Source: Pelomyxa schiedti
Lineage: Eukaryota > Protista > Evosea
Reading direction: 5' to 3'
Assembly (NCBI GenBank): GCA_020536535.1
Contig: JAHLWZ010000413.1
Span: 1-38,011, forward strand
Length of the DNA stretch: 38,011 nt
Shown here: one piece after another, positions 36,506 through 38,011 of the stretch
Layout of the letters: every line of letters starts with the position of its first letter
How positions within the stretch are numbered: the stretch's first letter is position 1
Translations under genes and position numbers: made by a program
Notes under the pieces: generated by a model
Told to the model about the DNA's origin: nothing
The model's database searches: none
Seen by the model: the letters and a program-made list of their open reading frames with translations, nothing else

Positions 36506-37125
36506 GGTTGCCTGTGTGCAGTACCACCCCACAAGTATGTTCAGCTCTTCTGTTTATATCTTGTTCTAACTTCTACAGGTGTCCCTGTTGTTATTATTTC
36601 CACTGGTCTTTAAGACAAGTTGATAGTAACCCAAACAATATGTACTGGTACGCTCACCCTGTATGGCTTCATTCTCACTAGCACCTAGGAACAACCACGA
36701 CAGCTGCAGGACGGGAACAATTAGTGAGAAGCAGCCCTGGGGTTGCTCATTTGCCAGCACACATCCACAACCCCAAGCAGTCTCACGGCACGGCACAGCA
36801 CAGCACGGACCGCACCGCACCGCACCGCACCACCCACCTAGCCTCACAGGTGCCTGTGAGCACTGACCTGTATGCAAAAAGCACCACTGCTTTTTGGCAT
36901 TCACCCACACCCACCAGAATCACAACAGCAAATGCCAGCACCAAACAAAACTGTGCCGGAGTGCAAAAACACCAGGAACCCAGCACCAGCCCACAGCACC
37001 ACCATAAATAAATAGAACCGATCTGTTGGCCAGTCCCTCCTTATTTCTTTTTTTCTTTTTCTAAACAAATGTACCACCGGGAAAGTTGGAATTCCATATT
37101 ACACGAAACACCATAAATACAAGAA
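36506..37125 (+). repeat. Second copy of the TIR element's 3' region (duplicate of ~34224-34777)
   Basis: Near-identical sequence from GGTTGCCTGTGTGCAG to ATAAATACAAGAA, with an expanded GCACC/GCACG pentamer stretch. Confidence 0.9.
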
Positions 37126-38011
37126 CCATAAATAAAAACGTCCGTAGTACAAAAATGGTGCCGAACCAAACGAGCCAAAACAAAATGTGGCCCACTTGAA
37201 CCGGCAGGCCAATAACAATTTTCATGAAACCGATGAGGATTAGATCCGATTCAACACTGCACATGAGCATTTCCAGCATACAACCATTCTCATTTTCGAT
37301 ATCGTTACGACACTTCAAACTGAGCTCGTAAGACTCTCACCTGATCCCAGCACACAAGATACCTGAGCTGGCTCCAAGCAGACTGAATTGTCTCTGACAC
37401 CCACACACTACGCACTGATCAACAACAACTCACACAGATCATATCTGACGATACTGAGGCAAAGCTGGTGCAACTCTTTCTCGCACACATGGACACGAAC
37501 ACGCTTTCCGAAAGAAATCCTGCACGTAATGCATGACCAAGGTCATGACACTGTTGCCTGGATGCTACAACCACTACGTAGGCACCACCGAGGCATCGCA
37601 TCACTACACCATCAAATATTTTTCGATCGATGGAAAAGAAATCATGTTCAACGAAACATCAAGCGCGAGTATTCATGATGGAATATATTCGATACGGGGC
37701 AGCAAAGGCAGAGAGGCATGCCGGAAACCAGCAGAAATCATCCAAGAACGGTGCTAATTCCGGGATGAGTACGGAAGATTGTCCGAAGCATCGAGATAGC
37801 AACCCGGCAAGTGAAATATCATGGCGGAAGTGAGATAGCATCATGGTGGAAGAGCAAGCAAGTGGTTATGGTTGTCTGGGGGGGCTAGAAGCTTGTGAGG
37901 ATGGGGCACAGTGTATTGGGAGTCATACCACGATTGTGGAGGCAGAATACACACAAGAATTCGCCAAGCAGCATAAAACTCTGTGTAGAATTAGCCATTT
38001 ATTCTGTAAAT

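Larger units (their letters stand above)
32283..37210 (+). mobile_element. TIR element copy 2 (composite, both ends present, contains nested elements and a gap)
   Basis: About 61-bp inverted repeats with one mismatch (GGCCTGCCGGTTCAAGTGGGCCACATTTTG...) at 32283-32343 and 37150-37210, flanked by ATT and AAT. Confidence 0.8.

Noticed and set aside
37214-38011. Intron-containing gene fragment to the right of the TIR
   Set aside because: Exon-like pieces exist, but the frames do not join cleanly and no family is recognisable.

Overview
Eukaryotic, intron-dense protist DNA using the standard genetic code. Introns are mostly 35-70 nt GT-AG, and there are two 100-N scaffold gaps. The gene style resembles an amoebozoan or archamoeba such as Pelomyxa, which is inference only. 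A compact gene-rich core (~12.0-29.5 kb) encodes a TMEM144-like fragment, a 2xLOTUS+PB1 protein, a stand-alone PB1 paralogue, a Sel1-repeat protein, an FABP-like protein, a ZNF706-like finger, a divergent alpha-tubulin, SEM1/DSS1, an active myotubularin, RPLP1, a GT31 galactosyltransferase and a Crinkler-type REase+kinase. Both flanks are decayed mobile DNA, plus one intact RRM gene on the left: a frameshifted intron-rich hAT transposase, an IS630/Tc1 pseudogene, two copies of a GGCC-terminated TIR element carrying an intron-rich unknown gene, and nested hAT MITEs. The strongest unexplained signal is repeat-associated C-to-T erosion that includes CpA contexts (RIP-like). The most novel intact locus is the LOTUS-LOTUS-PB1 plus solo-PB1 gene pair. 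All gene models were spliced by eye and none was checked by database search.
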